DNA from: Merdibacter massiliensis
Lineage (GTDB): Bacteria > Bacillota_I > Bacilli_A > Erysipelotrichales > Erysipelotrichaceae
DNA: 64,000 nt
NCBI RefSeq assembly: GCF_900155395.1
Contig: NZ_LT699727.1
Coordinates: forward strand, 274,173-338,172
Reading direction: 5' to 3'
Program-made: the position numbers and the translations under genes
Part shown: one piece after another, positions 29,476-38,956 of the stretch
Layout of the letters: every line of letters begins with the position of its first letter
How positions within the stretch are numbered: position 1 is the stretch's first letter
The notes under the pieces: model-generated
Database searches by the model: none
What the model was told of the DNA's origin: nothing
The model's input: only the letters and a program-made list of their open reading frames with translations

Positions 29476-29609
29476 TTTAATCTCTCCTCCCTACAGAATC
29501 ATTTTACCACATTCTTTCTTTCCTTTTTCTGTTTTTTGTACTTCTTAGGATACGTAAGTTTTCTTTGCTTTGTGCTATACTATAGCTTAGATGAAAGTGA
29601 GGGACATTT

Positions 29610-31388
29610 ATGAATAGAAATGAAGCAGATAAAAAATATACTTGGGATCTTTCCAGTTTATTCAAAGACCAGTCCTCTTTTGATGCACAATTAGAAAGAT
29701 CCAAACAGCAATTACAAGAACTTTGTCAAAGGAAAGGCCACATTGCCGACTCAGTTGATACTTATGCAGCTTTTTTAAATGACCAGGAAACATTTGAACG
29801 AGGTTTAGAAAACCTTTATGTATATGCAAAGATGTCCACAGATGTGGAACCAAAAGATATGCAGAACCAGCAAAATTTTGCGCAGGCAGCCAATTTACTG
29901 CAGCAGGCGCAGTTAGATCTGACCTTTGTCTCATTAGAACTGATCCATCATGAAAAAGAAATCAAAGAATATTTAAAAGAGGATTGCTGTAAAGATTTTC
30001 GCTATCCAATGGAAGAATTATTCCGCACGATCCCGCATCGATTGGATGACCAGATGGAAAGTTTTCTAAGCGAAGTAAATGAAATAGCTTCTATACCAAA
30101 CGAGACATATCAAAGCATCCGCCTTACTTTTGATGATGTAGAAGTAAATGGAAAGAAAGAATTTCTAAACGGAGCTACGTATCATGATTTCTTGCGCAAT
30201 CCCGATGTACAAGTACGCAAGCAGGCTTTTGAACATTATTTTAAAGAATATGGAAATTTAGAAAACGCCTTTGCTAATTTGTTGATCGGAAATGCAAAAG
30301 GGCAGGTCCTCAACGCAAAGACACGTCATTTTGACAGTGCCTTGCAGGCATCGCTGTTTCAAGACGGTGTAGATGAAACGCTGTATAATAAGATCTTAAT
30401 GATGGCAAATGAAAAATATATTGATTACCTGCATGCTTTCTTTGCCATGAAAAAAAGAGTATTAGGCATAGAAGAATTCCACGAATATGATATTGCTTTA
30501 GATTTAGAACCTGCTTGTGATGTACATTATTCCATCGAAGAATGCCGTTCGATATTAAAACAGGCACTTTCTGTATTAGGAGATGATTATGTCAGTTTGC
30601 TCGATCAGGCATTTACACAACGCTGGATCGATTTCTATCCTTCAAAAGACAAACGAACAGGTGCATATTCATGGGGAACGTATGATTCCAATCCATATAT
30701 CCTGACTAATTTTACTGGCAGTTATGATTCATTAAGCACGTTGGCACACGAATTGGGCCATTCAATGCATTCTTACTACTCCAACCACCATAACCGTCCG
30801 ATGTTAGCCGGCTATCAGATATTTGTTGCCGAAGTGGCCTCTACGGTCAATGAGATCTTATTGAATACATATTTGTTAAAAACAAATAACGATCCTAGTT
30901 ACCGTCGTTATATCCTGAGCAACCTGATGGAAGAATTCGTAGGTACCTGCTATCGTCAGCCGATGTTTGCTCAGTTTGAAAAAGATCTGCATGCCTGGAT
31001 CGAGGAACGAAAACCAATTTCATCGAAAACGATCACAGATCGCTGTCTGGAGCTCAATAAAGCTTATTTTGGAGATGCCGTCATCGTAGATGATTTGCAG
31101 AAGTATGGATTCTATTATGTACCGCATTTTTACTACAACTTTTATGTATACAAATATACACTGGGCATGTCGGTTGCAATCTCTTTTGTAAAAGATATTT
31201 TAGATGGCCATCCGGAAGCATACCGGCAATTTTTAACCAAAGGAGGAAGCGAATCTCCTGTTGATGAATTAAAAAATGCTGGCATCGATCCATTAAAAGA
31301 TGAAGTCTATGATAATGCCTTCACATTCTTTAAAGAAATCATGGATGAATTTGAGAGTTTAACAGAACAAAAACAGAAGCAGCAATAA
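29610..31388 (+). CDS. pepF: Oligoendopeptidase F (M3B family)
   Basis: HELGHSMH zinc motif; about 592 aa; extended -10 promoter upstream. Confidence 0.9.
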   Translation: MNRNEADKKYTWDLSSLFKDQSSFDAQLERSKQQLQELCQRKGHIADSVDTYAAFLNDQETFERGLENLYVYAKMSTDVEPKDMQNQQNFAQAANLLQQAQLDLTFVSLELIHHEKEIKEYLKEDCCKDFRYPMEELFRTIPHRLDDQMESFLSEVNEIASIPNETYQSIRLTFDDVEVNGKKEFLNGATYHDFLRNPDVQVRKQAFEHYFKEYGNLENAFANLLIGNAKGQVLNAKTRHFDSALQASLFQDGVDETLYNKILMMANEKYIDYLHAFFAMKKRVLGIEEFHEYDIALDLEPACDVHYSIEECRSILKQALSVLGDDYVSLLDQAFTQRWIDFYPSKDKRTGAYSWGTYDSNPYILTNFTGSYDSLSTLAHELGHSMHSYYSNHHNRPMLAGYQIFVAEVASTVNEILLNTYLLKTNNDPSYRRYILSNLMEEFVGTCYRQPMFAQFEKDLHAWIEERKPISSKTITDRCLELNKAYFGDAVIVDDLQKYGFYYVPHFYYNFYVYKYTLGMSVAISFVKDILDGHPEAYRQFLTKGGSESPVDELKNAGIDPLKDEVYDNAFTFFKEIMDEFESLTEQKQKQQ

Positions 31389-31402
31389 AACTGCTTCTGT
31401 TT

Positions 31403-32599
31403 TTACTCTGGTCTTTTCTTGCCGCAATTGCTGCAGAAATTCCCTGTATTTTGGGTGCCGCAAGTACAGGTCCACGGACCATTTGGATTTGGTTTGCCGC
31501 AGTTGCTGCAAAAATTGCCTGTATTCTGCGTGCCGCAGCTGCATGTCCAGGCGGCATTTTTTGCAGGATGTCCTGGCACAGCTGCGTTTTGAAAGAGTGG
31601 ATTGTTATCTTGCGGCGGAAGATGTTGAAACAATGCGGATGCATTCATGCCGCCCGCTTGCTGTGCAAATCCCATACCGATGAATCCATTCATTGCACCG
31701 GCTTCATTGCTCGCTGCATTTTCCATAGCTGTTGCTTGTGCATCTGCCAAACGGCCTGCAGCTACACGCTGATCGCCCATCATGATCGCATCATCGATCT
31801 TTTCAATACGTTTTCGGCTTTCATCATCTGGCGTCACTTTTTGAATAGCAACGACTTCAATGACCATACCACGTCTTTCGCTCCAGGATGCATCCAATGC
31901 ATCATTCATGTAGGTTGCAATTTCTACTTGCTTTTTTGGCAAATCACTAAACTGATATCCTTCATCGCTGCATTTTGCAAGTGCCGTATCCAGAGCATTG
32001 ACAAACTCTGCATCACATTGTTCCATCAGCTGCGTCTTCGTATAAGAATCTCGTACATTTCCGCTCAGATTGGAATAAAAACGAATCGGATCTTGAATGC
32101 GGAATGTATATTGCCCAAAATAGCGAATATAAATATTGCGGTATGTCGGATCATGATATGGCATCGGTGTAGCACTGCCAAATTTGTTATCAATGATCTC
32201 TTTCAGATTCACATAATAAACACGTTGATCTTTTCCCGGTGTACCACCCATTGTAAAACGTTTTCCAAAGATCTTAAAAGAGTCTTTCAAGCCCTGCCAT
32301 CCATTATCAAACAAGCTCGGCTCGCTAGAAGAATCCCAGGTAAAACGGCCAGGTTCCGCTGAAAATTCTATGATCTTGCCATCTTCAACGATCAATAATG
32401 CCTGTCCTTCATTGACAGCAAAGCCGCTGCCGTTCGTAATGATATTTTCACTTGCTTTTGTATTGCTGCCGCTGGTGACAACCTTTGTTCCTTTTTGGAT
32501 CAAAACATCATTGCTTAATGAATCACAATAATAATACTCTAACCATTGATCAGCTAGTGTTGTTCTGGCTGAATCAAATGCTGCACGAATCAAACCCAT
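31403..32599 (-). CDS. SPFH/Band-7 (YdjI-like, PF13421-type) protein with two tandem C-terminal zinc-ribbon modules
   Basis: N-terminus MGLIRAAFDSARTTLADQWLEYYYCDSL typical of YdjI-like SPFH proteins; C-terminus WTCSCGTQNTGNFCSNCGKPNPNGP / WTCTCGTQNTGNFCSNCGKK. Confidence 0.7.
   Translation of the reverse strand: MGLIRAAFDSARTTLADQWLEYYYCDSLSNDVLIQKGTKVVTSGSNTKASENIITNGSGFAVNEGQALLIVEDGKIIEFSAEPGRFTWDSSSEPSLFDNGWQGLKDSFKIFGKRFTMGGTPGKDQRVYYVNLKEIIDNKFGSATPMPYHDPTYRNIYIRYFGQYTFRIQDPIRFYSNLSGNVRDSYTKTQLMEQCDAEFVNALDTALAKCSDEGYQFSDLPKKQVEIATYMNDALDASWSERRGMVIEVVAIQKVTPDDESRKRIEKIDDAIMMGDQRVAAGRLADAQATAMENAASNEAGAMNGFIGMGFAQQAGGMNASALFQHLPPQDNNPLFQNAAVPGHPAKNAAWTCSCGTQNTGNFCSNCGKPNPNGPWTCTCGTQNTGNFCSNCGKKRPE
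31420..31560. repeat. Tandem direct DNA duplication (about 66 bp x2) encoding the two zinc-ribbon modules
   Basis: ttgccgcaattgctgcagaaattccctgtatt... repeated as ttgccgcagttgctgcaaaaattgcctgtatt... Confidence 0.7.
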
Positions 32600-32611
32600 C
32601 AGATAACCTCC

Positions 32612-33490
32612 TTACCATGCCATATATTTATTTAAGACCCATCCATAATCACCATTGGTAATGATGGAGTGGCAGTATTCACATTCGCCGCTGCTCGTCA
32701 CCTGCGTCGGAGCGCCGCAATTAGGACAGTTCGTCACATTCAATTGCGTATCAACAGCAGTCTGCACGCCTGCCCTGCGGATAAACTCTAAATAATAGAA
32801 ACGATGCTGATACTGCGTCTTGCTTCCTTCCAGCACTTTTCCACTTTCATCATCTGTCACATAATCTAGCAAACTTGCTTCTAATTTTACGCTCAATACT
32901 TCTTGTGCCCCATCTACACGAAATTGTGCAAGCGTAATATTACGGACATTTTGCATATCCAAATGATTGGTTTTCCGCTGTTCGATGTATTCATTCAATT
33001 GACGATTATGGACATTGAACAGCGTATTGCTTTCAAACGGACGCACTTTTTTCCAATCACGGTCTTCCCACGCTTCTTGCAATGTCAAATATACTTCCGA
33101 TGCAAATGTTTTAAAACTTTCTGCAGAGAAATTTGGATCCCTCGCTTGAATTTCTTCAATTGTCGTTTCCTCATTGCACACGCGATAAGTACCGCTGCTT
33201 TGGTATGGCATAGGACGTACATTTCCACCACTTCCCTGTCTGGAACGCATATAGGAGTATAGTGCAAGGACCGCCAAAGCAATGATAAGAGTCGATATAC
33301 TGCCTCCGCCGCCCAGGAAAATGATACCGCCTAAACCTGAACCTCCGCCGCTGTAACTTGATCCTCCGCTGTATCCGCCCCCGGAAGAACCTCCGGAAAA
33401 GGAATTTCCCACATCTGCCTGTACAAGGATCGGTAAAAATAATATGATCGCAACTAGCGCGAAAATGAAAAGCAACTGCCTTTTTTTCAT
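32612..33490 (-). CDS. Membrane protein with signal peptide, Gly/Ser-rich linker, TM helix, Tim44-like/NTF2-like domain and C-terminal zinc ribbon
   Basis: GGSSGGGYSGGSSYSGGG low-complexity; CPNCGAPTQ...CEYCHS ribbon; domain resemblance to Tim44-like family by pattern only. Confidence 0.55.
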   Translation of the reverse strand: MKKRQLLFIFALVAIILFLPILVQADVGNSFSGGSSGGGYSGGSSYSGGGSGLGGIIFLGGGGSISTLIIALAVLALYSYMRSRQGSGGNVRPMPYQSSGTYRVCNEETTIEEIQARDPNFSAESFKTFASEVYLTLQEAWEDRDWKKVRPFESNTLFNVHNRQLNEYIEQRKTNHLDMQNVRNITLAQFRVDGAQEVLSVKLEASLLDYVTDDESGKVLEGSKTQYQHRFYYLEFIRRAGVQTAVDTQLNVTNCPNCGAPTQVTSSGECEYCHSIITNGDYGWVLNKYMAW

Positions 33491-33600
33491 TGCGTTATCC
33501 TCCCTCTATATGGTTATTGTACGATGAAAGTAGCAAATAGAACAAGAATGTTTTAATTTTTCTTCAATTCGTAAAGTATGATCATGCTAATTTTCACAAA

Positions 33601-33640
33601 ATAAAAAACTACTCAGACTTCATTTTAAGTAGTTTTCATC
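33601..33640 (-). terminator. Strong intrinsic terminator on minus strand (AAAACTACT...AGTAGTTTT plus TTATTTT) upstream of the Tim44-like gene
   Basis: Read directly. Confidence 0.6.
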
Positions 33641-34345
33641 GTAATATGCTCTTTCTTATATTTGATGATCATATAGTGTACTATATTTTTCTTCTCCAAG
33701 AATGTCATGGATATTCACTTCGTCAATCACTTCAAAATAATCTCTCCTTATGCTATACGTATTGTGAAGTGAAAGTTTATCTTCACTTTCAATAGTGAGA
33801 AGTAGATTTTAGTCTTTCACTTTTCTTGTCTGATTGCTAGTAATTCCGACGGTTATCTCAATGCTGCTATCGCCATGATAATCGGCAAGAACAAATCTGC
33901 CATAAAAAAGGAAACAAGTTCACATATAAGTCAAACTGTCTCTTGACTGTTTTCGCTATATCTCTTAATGAATCAGTAAAACTATTTCTATCATGAAAAG
34001 CATCCTCTCTCTGAATAAAACAAAATTTTTGATATATGTAATTTCGTTATCTTTTAGCCGAAAAAGTATGCAAAAGCGGCATCAATTGCCGCCTTTAGAA
34101 AACATCTAACAGGATTCTATCCGCTTATTTCCTTTAGTCCTATGTGTGTTTTATATAACATTTAAAAATTAGAGTTATCTGTTGAATTTTTTTACTTCAT
34201 GCTGTTACATGATCTGCATCTATTTCCAATCCATTATAAATTCTATATGCATTGACTGAATATCTATTAGTATATAACAACACTTTGATTTGCTCTTCTT
34301 TTTGCTTTATATAAACACTTTTATCAAATATACAATTACTGATTT

Positions 34346-34531
34346 TTATGTAATCATTAATCTAATATTTATGATTATCACCCAACAAAGAAGACCAACC
34401 ATCAATAACCATAATATCCAAAATAAAGGTTTTGGAAGATATGTAGGATAAGCGTTGTTTTTTACTGTTTTATACGCAATATAAATAATGTAAAGAATCC
34501 AACAAAAATGTAATAGAATATTAAACCACAT
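34346..34531 (-). CDS. Candidate small hydrophobic two-TM protein (61 aa) inside non-coding island
   Basis: RBS AAGAGGT 8 nt before ATG; two hydrophobic helices. Confidence 0.35.
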   Translation of the reverse strand: MWFNILLHFCWILYIIYIAYKTVKNNAYPTYLPKPLFWILWLLMVGLLCWVIIINIRLMIT

Positions 34532-34908
34532 TTGCTTTTACCTCTTAAAAAGATCAGTTGCTTAAAGCTTCGTTTATTCTTTTCCTTAATCAAGTTCTAT
34601 CTTCAAATTAATCATAATTTATTTTGTTAAAAATAACAATCAAAATCAGCAACTATTCCTGTAGTTAATTTTTACTTTTAGTTGTATATTCAGCATTCAC
34701 ATTAGATTTTTTTAAATTCTATAAATTTAGAATCTGTATGGAAAGGTTTTTATTTCTTTATATTTGGATTTGCATTAATTATATTTGATATATACAAATC
34801 ATTTAAATCAAAAAAGTAATAACAAAGTCAAAAAAAAGCCGCTATATACTTAGCCCTTTTATTTGTGAAGAATTTATTTTATATACTTTACGAATTGCAG
34901 AATTTAAA

Positions 34909-34945
34909 AAAACAGAGATCCTTTTTATACAAAACGATCTCTGTT
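34909..34945 (-). terminator. Terminator of sufCB operon (AACAGAGATC...GATCTCTGTT plus T7)
   Basis: Read directly just after sufB stop. Confidence 0.65.
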
Positions 34946-34955
34946 TTCATATGCA

Positions 34956-35918
34956 TCAACGCAAGAAGCCATCTACGATAACTTGTTCTGCTTCTTCCTC
35001 GTTTAAGCCAAAAGTCTGTAACTTGATCAGCTGATCACTATTGATTTTCCCAATGGCCGCTTCATGAATGACTTGTGCATCCACATGGTTTGCTGCAATT
35101 TCCGGAATAGATGAAATCTTGGCATTGCCCATCAAGATCGAATCACATTGCACATGTGCACGACACTTCGTATTCCCTCTTGCGATTGGATGAAAAACTT
35201 GGATGGAATCATCTTTCCCTACAGAACGAGAAATGATCTGCAATACACTGTTTTCACCATTGAGATCTACTTCTACATCTGAATGTGCCACTTGCTTTCC
35301 ATGTGTCATCAGTTTTTCATTGATGACTAATTTTGCATCTTTTCCCAAACGAGCATACGTTACACGTTTTGTAGAATCTACTCCTTTGATCTGACTCATA
35401 TCCATTTGGGCAAAGCTTCCTTCTTCCATATAAATTTGAGTAGTTGGATTTAAGATTCGACCGCCTTCGCCGTTTCCTTCTCCATAATGTTTCTCCGTAT
35501 AAGTGATAGATGCATGTTTGCCGATATGGAAAGTATGAATCCCATCATGCTGCGATGTATCACATCCATCATTATGGATGCCGCATCCGGCAATGATGTC
35601 GACCTGTGCCCCTTCTCCAATATAAAAATCATTATACACCAGATCCTGTACGCCGCTGTTGGTAATGATTACCGGAATATGGATCTGTTCTCCTATTGTA
35701 TGCGGGGCAACGATGATATCGATTCCCGGCTTGTCTTGTTTGCTGCGAATCGTTACATTTGTTGTAGAATGCCGTTCTACTCCGCTTCCGTTTTCTCTTA
35801 AGTTAAAAGCAGACCCCGGTTGAAAACCAGTGATTCCTGCAATTTGCTGCAAGAGCGCTTTTTCTGTATTATTCAGCATGTTGTTCACCTGCTTTCCGAT
35901 TGATTCCACATGGTTCAA
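34956..35918 (-). CDS. sufB: SufB/SufD-family Fe-S cluster assembly protein (short form)
   Basis: SufBD beta-helix region; follows sufC with overlap. Confidence 0.75.
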   Translation of the reverse strand: MNHVESIGKQVNNMLNNTEKALLQQIAGITGFQPGSAFNLRENGSGVERHSTTNVTIRSKQDKPGIDIIVAPHTIGEQIHIPVIITNSGVQDLVYNDFYIGEGAQVDIIAGCGIHNDGCDTSQHDGIHTFHIGKHASITYTEKHYGEGNGEGGRILNPTTQIYMEEGSFAQMDMSQIKGVDSTKRVTYARLGKDAKLVINEKLMTHGKQVAHSDVEVDLNGENSVLQIISRSVGKDDSIQVFHPIARGNTKCRAHVQCDSILMGNAKISSIPEIAANHVDAQVIHEAAIGKINSDQLIKLQTFGLNEEEAEQVIVDGFLR

Positions 35919-36597
35919 ATTCCATTAGCAAAGTAGGCAGGATCGCATCTTTGCTGCCGCGGGCAGCTACTTTTCCATTTTCGATGACGATCATCTCATC
36001 TGCTAGCTGCATGATGCGCTCTTGATGCGAAATCAGGATGATATCTTGTTTTTTACGGTTTTGCAGCTCACGAAATGTCTCTACTAATTTCGTAAAGCTC
36101 CATAAATCGATTCCTGCTTCTGGTTCATCAAAAATACTGAGTTTGAGATCTCTTGCCAATAAAGTTGCAATCTCGATGCGTTTGACTTCTCCGCCGGAGA
36201 GGGAATTATCCACATCACGATCCAAATAATCTTTCGAGCACAAACCTACATCACTTAAATAAGAAATACAATGTTCCTCTTCCAATTCTTTTCCATGGGC
36301 CAACTCTAATAAACGCCGAACACTCATTCCCTTGAAACGAGGAGGTTGCTGAAAGGCGTAGCCAATACCTCTTTTCGCACGCTCATCTATGGATAGAGAC
36401 GTAATATCTTCTCCATCAAAGAAAATCTGTCCGCTTGTAGGCTGTTCGATCCCCATGATCAATTTTGCTAATGTCGATTTCCCGCCGCCGTTGGGGCCAG
36501 TAATCACCGTAAATGCATGTTTCGTAAATTGTAAAGAAAGATCGTCAATTATTTTTTTGCCATCTGCTTCAAAAGTTAGATTTTTTAACTCTAGCAT
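35869..36597 (-). CDS. sufC: Fe-S cluster assembly ATPase SufC
   Basis: Walker A GPNGGGKST, LSGGEVKR signature, D-loop. Confidence 0.9.
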   Translation of the reverse strand: MLELKNLTFEADGKKIIDDLSLQFTKHAFTVITGPNGGGKSTLAKLIMGIEQPTSGQIFFDGEDITSLSIDERAKRGIGYAFQQPPRFKGMSVRRLLELAHGKELEEEHCISYLSDVGLCSKDYLDRDVDNSLSGGEVKRIEIATLLARDLKLSIFDEPEAGIDLWSFTKLVETFRELQNRKKQDIILISHQERIMQLADEMIVIENGKVAARGSKDAILPTLLMEFEPCGINRKAGEQHAE

Positions 36598-36723
36598 GAA
36601 CTCACATCCTTTTTAACTTAATTATTTTAGCATATACTGTTAAAAAATAAAGCAAGAAGCGTTCTTTTGCTGAAAAAAAGAAGGTTCTCTGCTCGAAACA
36701 GTTTCCCTTCTTCTCATCATTGA

Positions 36724-38082
36724 TTAGTTTTTCAAGCTTTGCAATGGGGCTGGAATTCGTCCGCCACGCTGGATCATGACACTATTGTCGCTTGGATTCA
36801 TATGCATCACCGGACCGGCTCCTAACAAACCGCCAAAATTCAGTTCTTCTCCCTCTTTATGACCAACCGCCGGAATGACACGAACAGCAGTTGTTTTAGA
36901 GTTCACCATGCCGATAGCAGCTTCATCCGCAATCATTCCTGAAATCAAAGAAGCACTCACATCGCCTGGTACGACCACCATATCCAATCCGACACTGCAA
37001 ACAGCGGTCATCGCTTCTAGTTTTTCTAATGTCAATACGCCCGCTCTAGCAGCATGGATCATACCTGCATCTTCTGAAACGGGAATGAACGCTCCGCTCA
37101 ATCCGCCGACAGATGAGCTTGCCATCACGCCACCTTTTTTCACTGCATCATTGAGCATGGCCAAACAAGCGGTCGTACCATATGCACCGCAGGTTTCTAA
37201 CCCCATCTCTTCTAAGATATAGGCAACAGAATCGCCAATGGCAGGTGTTGGTGCTAAAGAAAGATCAACGATGCCAAACGGGACATGCAAACGTTCACTG
37301 GCAACACTTCCGACCAGCTGTCCCATTCGTGTAATTTTGAAAGCTGTTCGTTTGATCAAATCGGCAATTTCATTCATAGGCAGATCTTTAGGCGCCTTTT
37401 CCAAGACAGCACGAACTACGCCCGGCCCGCTAACGCCTACATTGATCACACAGTCTGCTTCTCCTACGCCGTGAAATGCCCCTGCCATAAACGGATTATC
37501 TTCTGGTGCATTACAGAAAACAACGATTTTTGCAGCTGCGATACAATCCCGATCAGCCGTGATTTCAGCAGCTTCTTTCACTACTTCTCCCATCATCTTC
37601 ACAGCATCCATATTGATGCCGGCTTTGGTTGAGCCAACATTGACCGAAGCACATAGATGTTCTGTCTGAGCAAGTGCCTGCGGAATTGCTTGGATCAATT
37701 CACGATCGCCTGCAGAAAAACCTTTTTGCACCAATGCACTGAAACCGCCAATAAAATCAACTCCGGTTTCTAAAGCACAGCGTTCTAAAGTCAATGCATA
37801 GCGGATCGGATCTCCCCCGCTGACACCGACCAGCATAGCGATCGGCGTCACTGAAATTCGTTTATTGATAATCGGAATCCCATATTCCCGTCCGATATCA
37901 TCTCCTACTTTGACCAGATCTTTTGCCAAGGTTGTGATCTTGCGATAAATCTTTTCACAAGATTTATCAATATCTGCATCTGCACAATCCAATAAGGAAA
38001 TCCCCATCGTGATCGTACGCACATCTAAATATTCTTCATCGATCATCTTGATCGTTTCTAATATATCTTTGGAATTGATCAT
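36724..38082 (-). CDS. UPF0210 (DUF711, PFL-like) protein
   Basis: Conserved partner of ACT-domain UPF0237; about 452 aa. Confidence 0.8.
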   Translation of the reverse strand: MINSKDILETIKMIDEEYLDVRTITMGISLLDCADADIDKSCEKIYRKITTLAKDLVKVGDDIGREYGIPIINKRISVTPIAMLVGVSGGDPIRYALTLERCALETGVDFIGGFSALVQKGFSAGDRELIQAIPQALAQTEHLCASVNVGSTKAGINMDAVKMMGEVVKEAAEITADRDCIAAAKIVVFCNAPEDNPFMAGAFHGVGEADCVINVGVSGPGVVRAVLEKAPKDLPMNEIADLIKRTAFKITRMGQLVGSVASERLHVPFGIVDLSLAPTPAIGDSVAYILEEMGLETCGAYGTTACLAMLNDAVKKGGVMASSSVGGLSGAFIPVSEDAGMIHAARAGVLTLEKLEAMTAVCSVGLDMVVVPGDVSASLISGMIADEAAIGMVNSKTTAVRVIPAVGHKEGEELNFGGLLGAGPVMHMNPSDNSVMIQRGGRIPAPLQSLKN

Positions 38083-38088
38083 TGTCTC

Positions 38089-38364
38089 TTACCCCTGAAT
38101 CTTATGCATAGAATTAAAGATATCTTCATGCATGACATGAATCACTAATCCCATTTCTTTTCCTACATTATCCATATGCTGGGCAAATTCGCTTAATTTC
38201 ATTGAAATTTCATCAATATTGACCAGCATCGTCATTGCAAATGTATCCTGCAACAACGTCTGTGTTACTTCCACTACATTGATATTGGCATTTGCGCATT
38301 CTGTTGCCACACGCGCCAAGATTCCGACACGATCTTTTCCAATCACACTAACTACTGCATTCAT
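38089..38364 (-). CDS. ACT-domain protein UPF0237
   Basis: MNAVVSVIGKDRVGILARV ACT signature; 91 aa. Confidence 0.8.
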   Translation of the reverse strand: MNAVVSVIGKDRVGILARVATECANANINVVEVTQTLLQDTFAMTMLVNIDEISMKLSEFAQHMDNVGKEMGLVIHVMHEDIFNSMHKIQG

Positions 38365-38437
38365 CGCAATTTCCTCCGTTCTTTTCTATACAGTATAAAG
38401 CATGGACCATAAAATTACAACGATTGTCGATCCACCA

Positions 38438-38950
38438 TTATTTTTCAAAGACTGCTTTTACTATGGCATATTGCTGCATCTCAAACGGTTCCAACGCACT
38501 CATCAGTCCTTGCATATTCACATCGTATTCGCCTTCGTGAAAAACAACCTCATTTTGTTTAGCTAATGCCGAGCGGATCTGATCAGAGTCTTCTTTTGAC
38601 AGTGTTGCATTCCTTTTGAAACATACCATATTATTTTCGTCTAACAATACCAGCGTACATTGCAAACAATCTGTTCCCGACAGCAACGCCTCACGCCAAT
38701 CATTTTCCTGCACATTGAAATAAAAATCGCTTGTATCAATGTCGCCTACGCTCAATAAGAAGACCGCCACATCATAACGGTAAACAAAATCAATTTCAAA
38801 TGGTGTTGTCTTTGCCATCTGCAGTTCTACATCATTCCAAAACTGATCTTTGATGACAAAGATGAAACGATCTTCCACATAGTCCATCACTGTACCCAGC
38901 TCTTCAATTTCTGCTTCAAACTTCATTCCTGTCTCTATTTTCATCCTCAT
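38438..38950 (-). CDS. Hypothetical protein
   Basis: 170 aa acidic ORF, unrecognised. Confidence 0.45.
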   Translation of the reverse strand: MRMKIETGMKFEAEIEELGTVMDYVEDRFIFVIKDQFWNDVELQMAKTTPFEIDFVYRYDVAVFLLSVGDIDTSDFYFNVQENDWREALLSGTDCLQCTLVLLDENNMVCFKRNATLSKEDSDQIRSALAKQNEVVFHEGEYDVNMQGLMSALEPFEMQQYAIVKAVFEK

Positions 38951-38956
38951 CTCTCC

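Noticed and set aside
31451-32362. 303-aa plus-strand ORF
   Set aside because: Antisense to the SPFH gene. Cys/Arg-rich low-complexity translation with no RBS.
36875-37632. Plus-strand ORFs opposite UPF0210 gene
   Set aside because: Shadow ORFs. Ala/Ser/Thr-rich because they are antisense to a GC-richer coding region.
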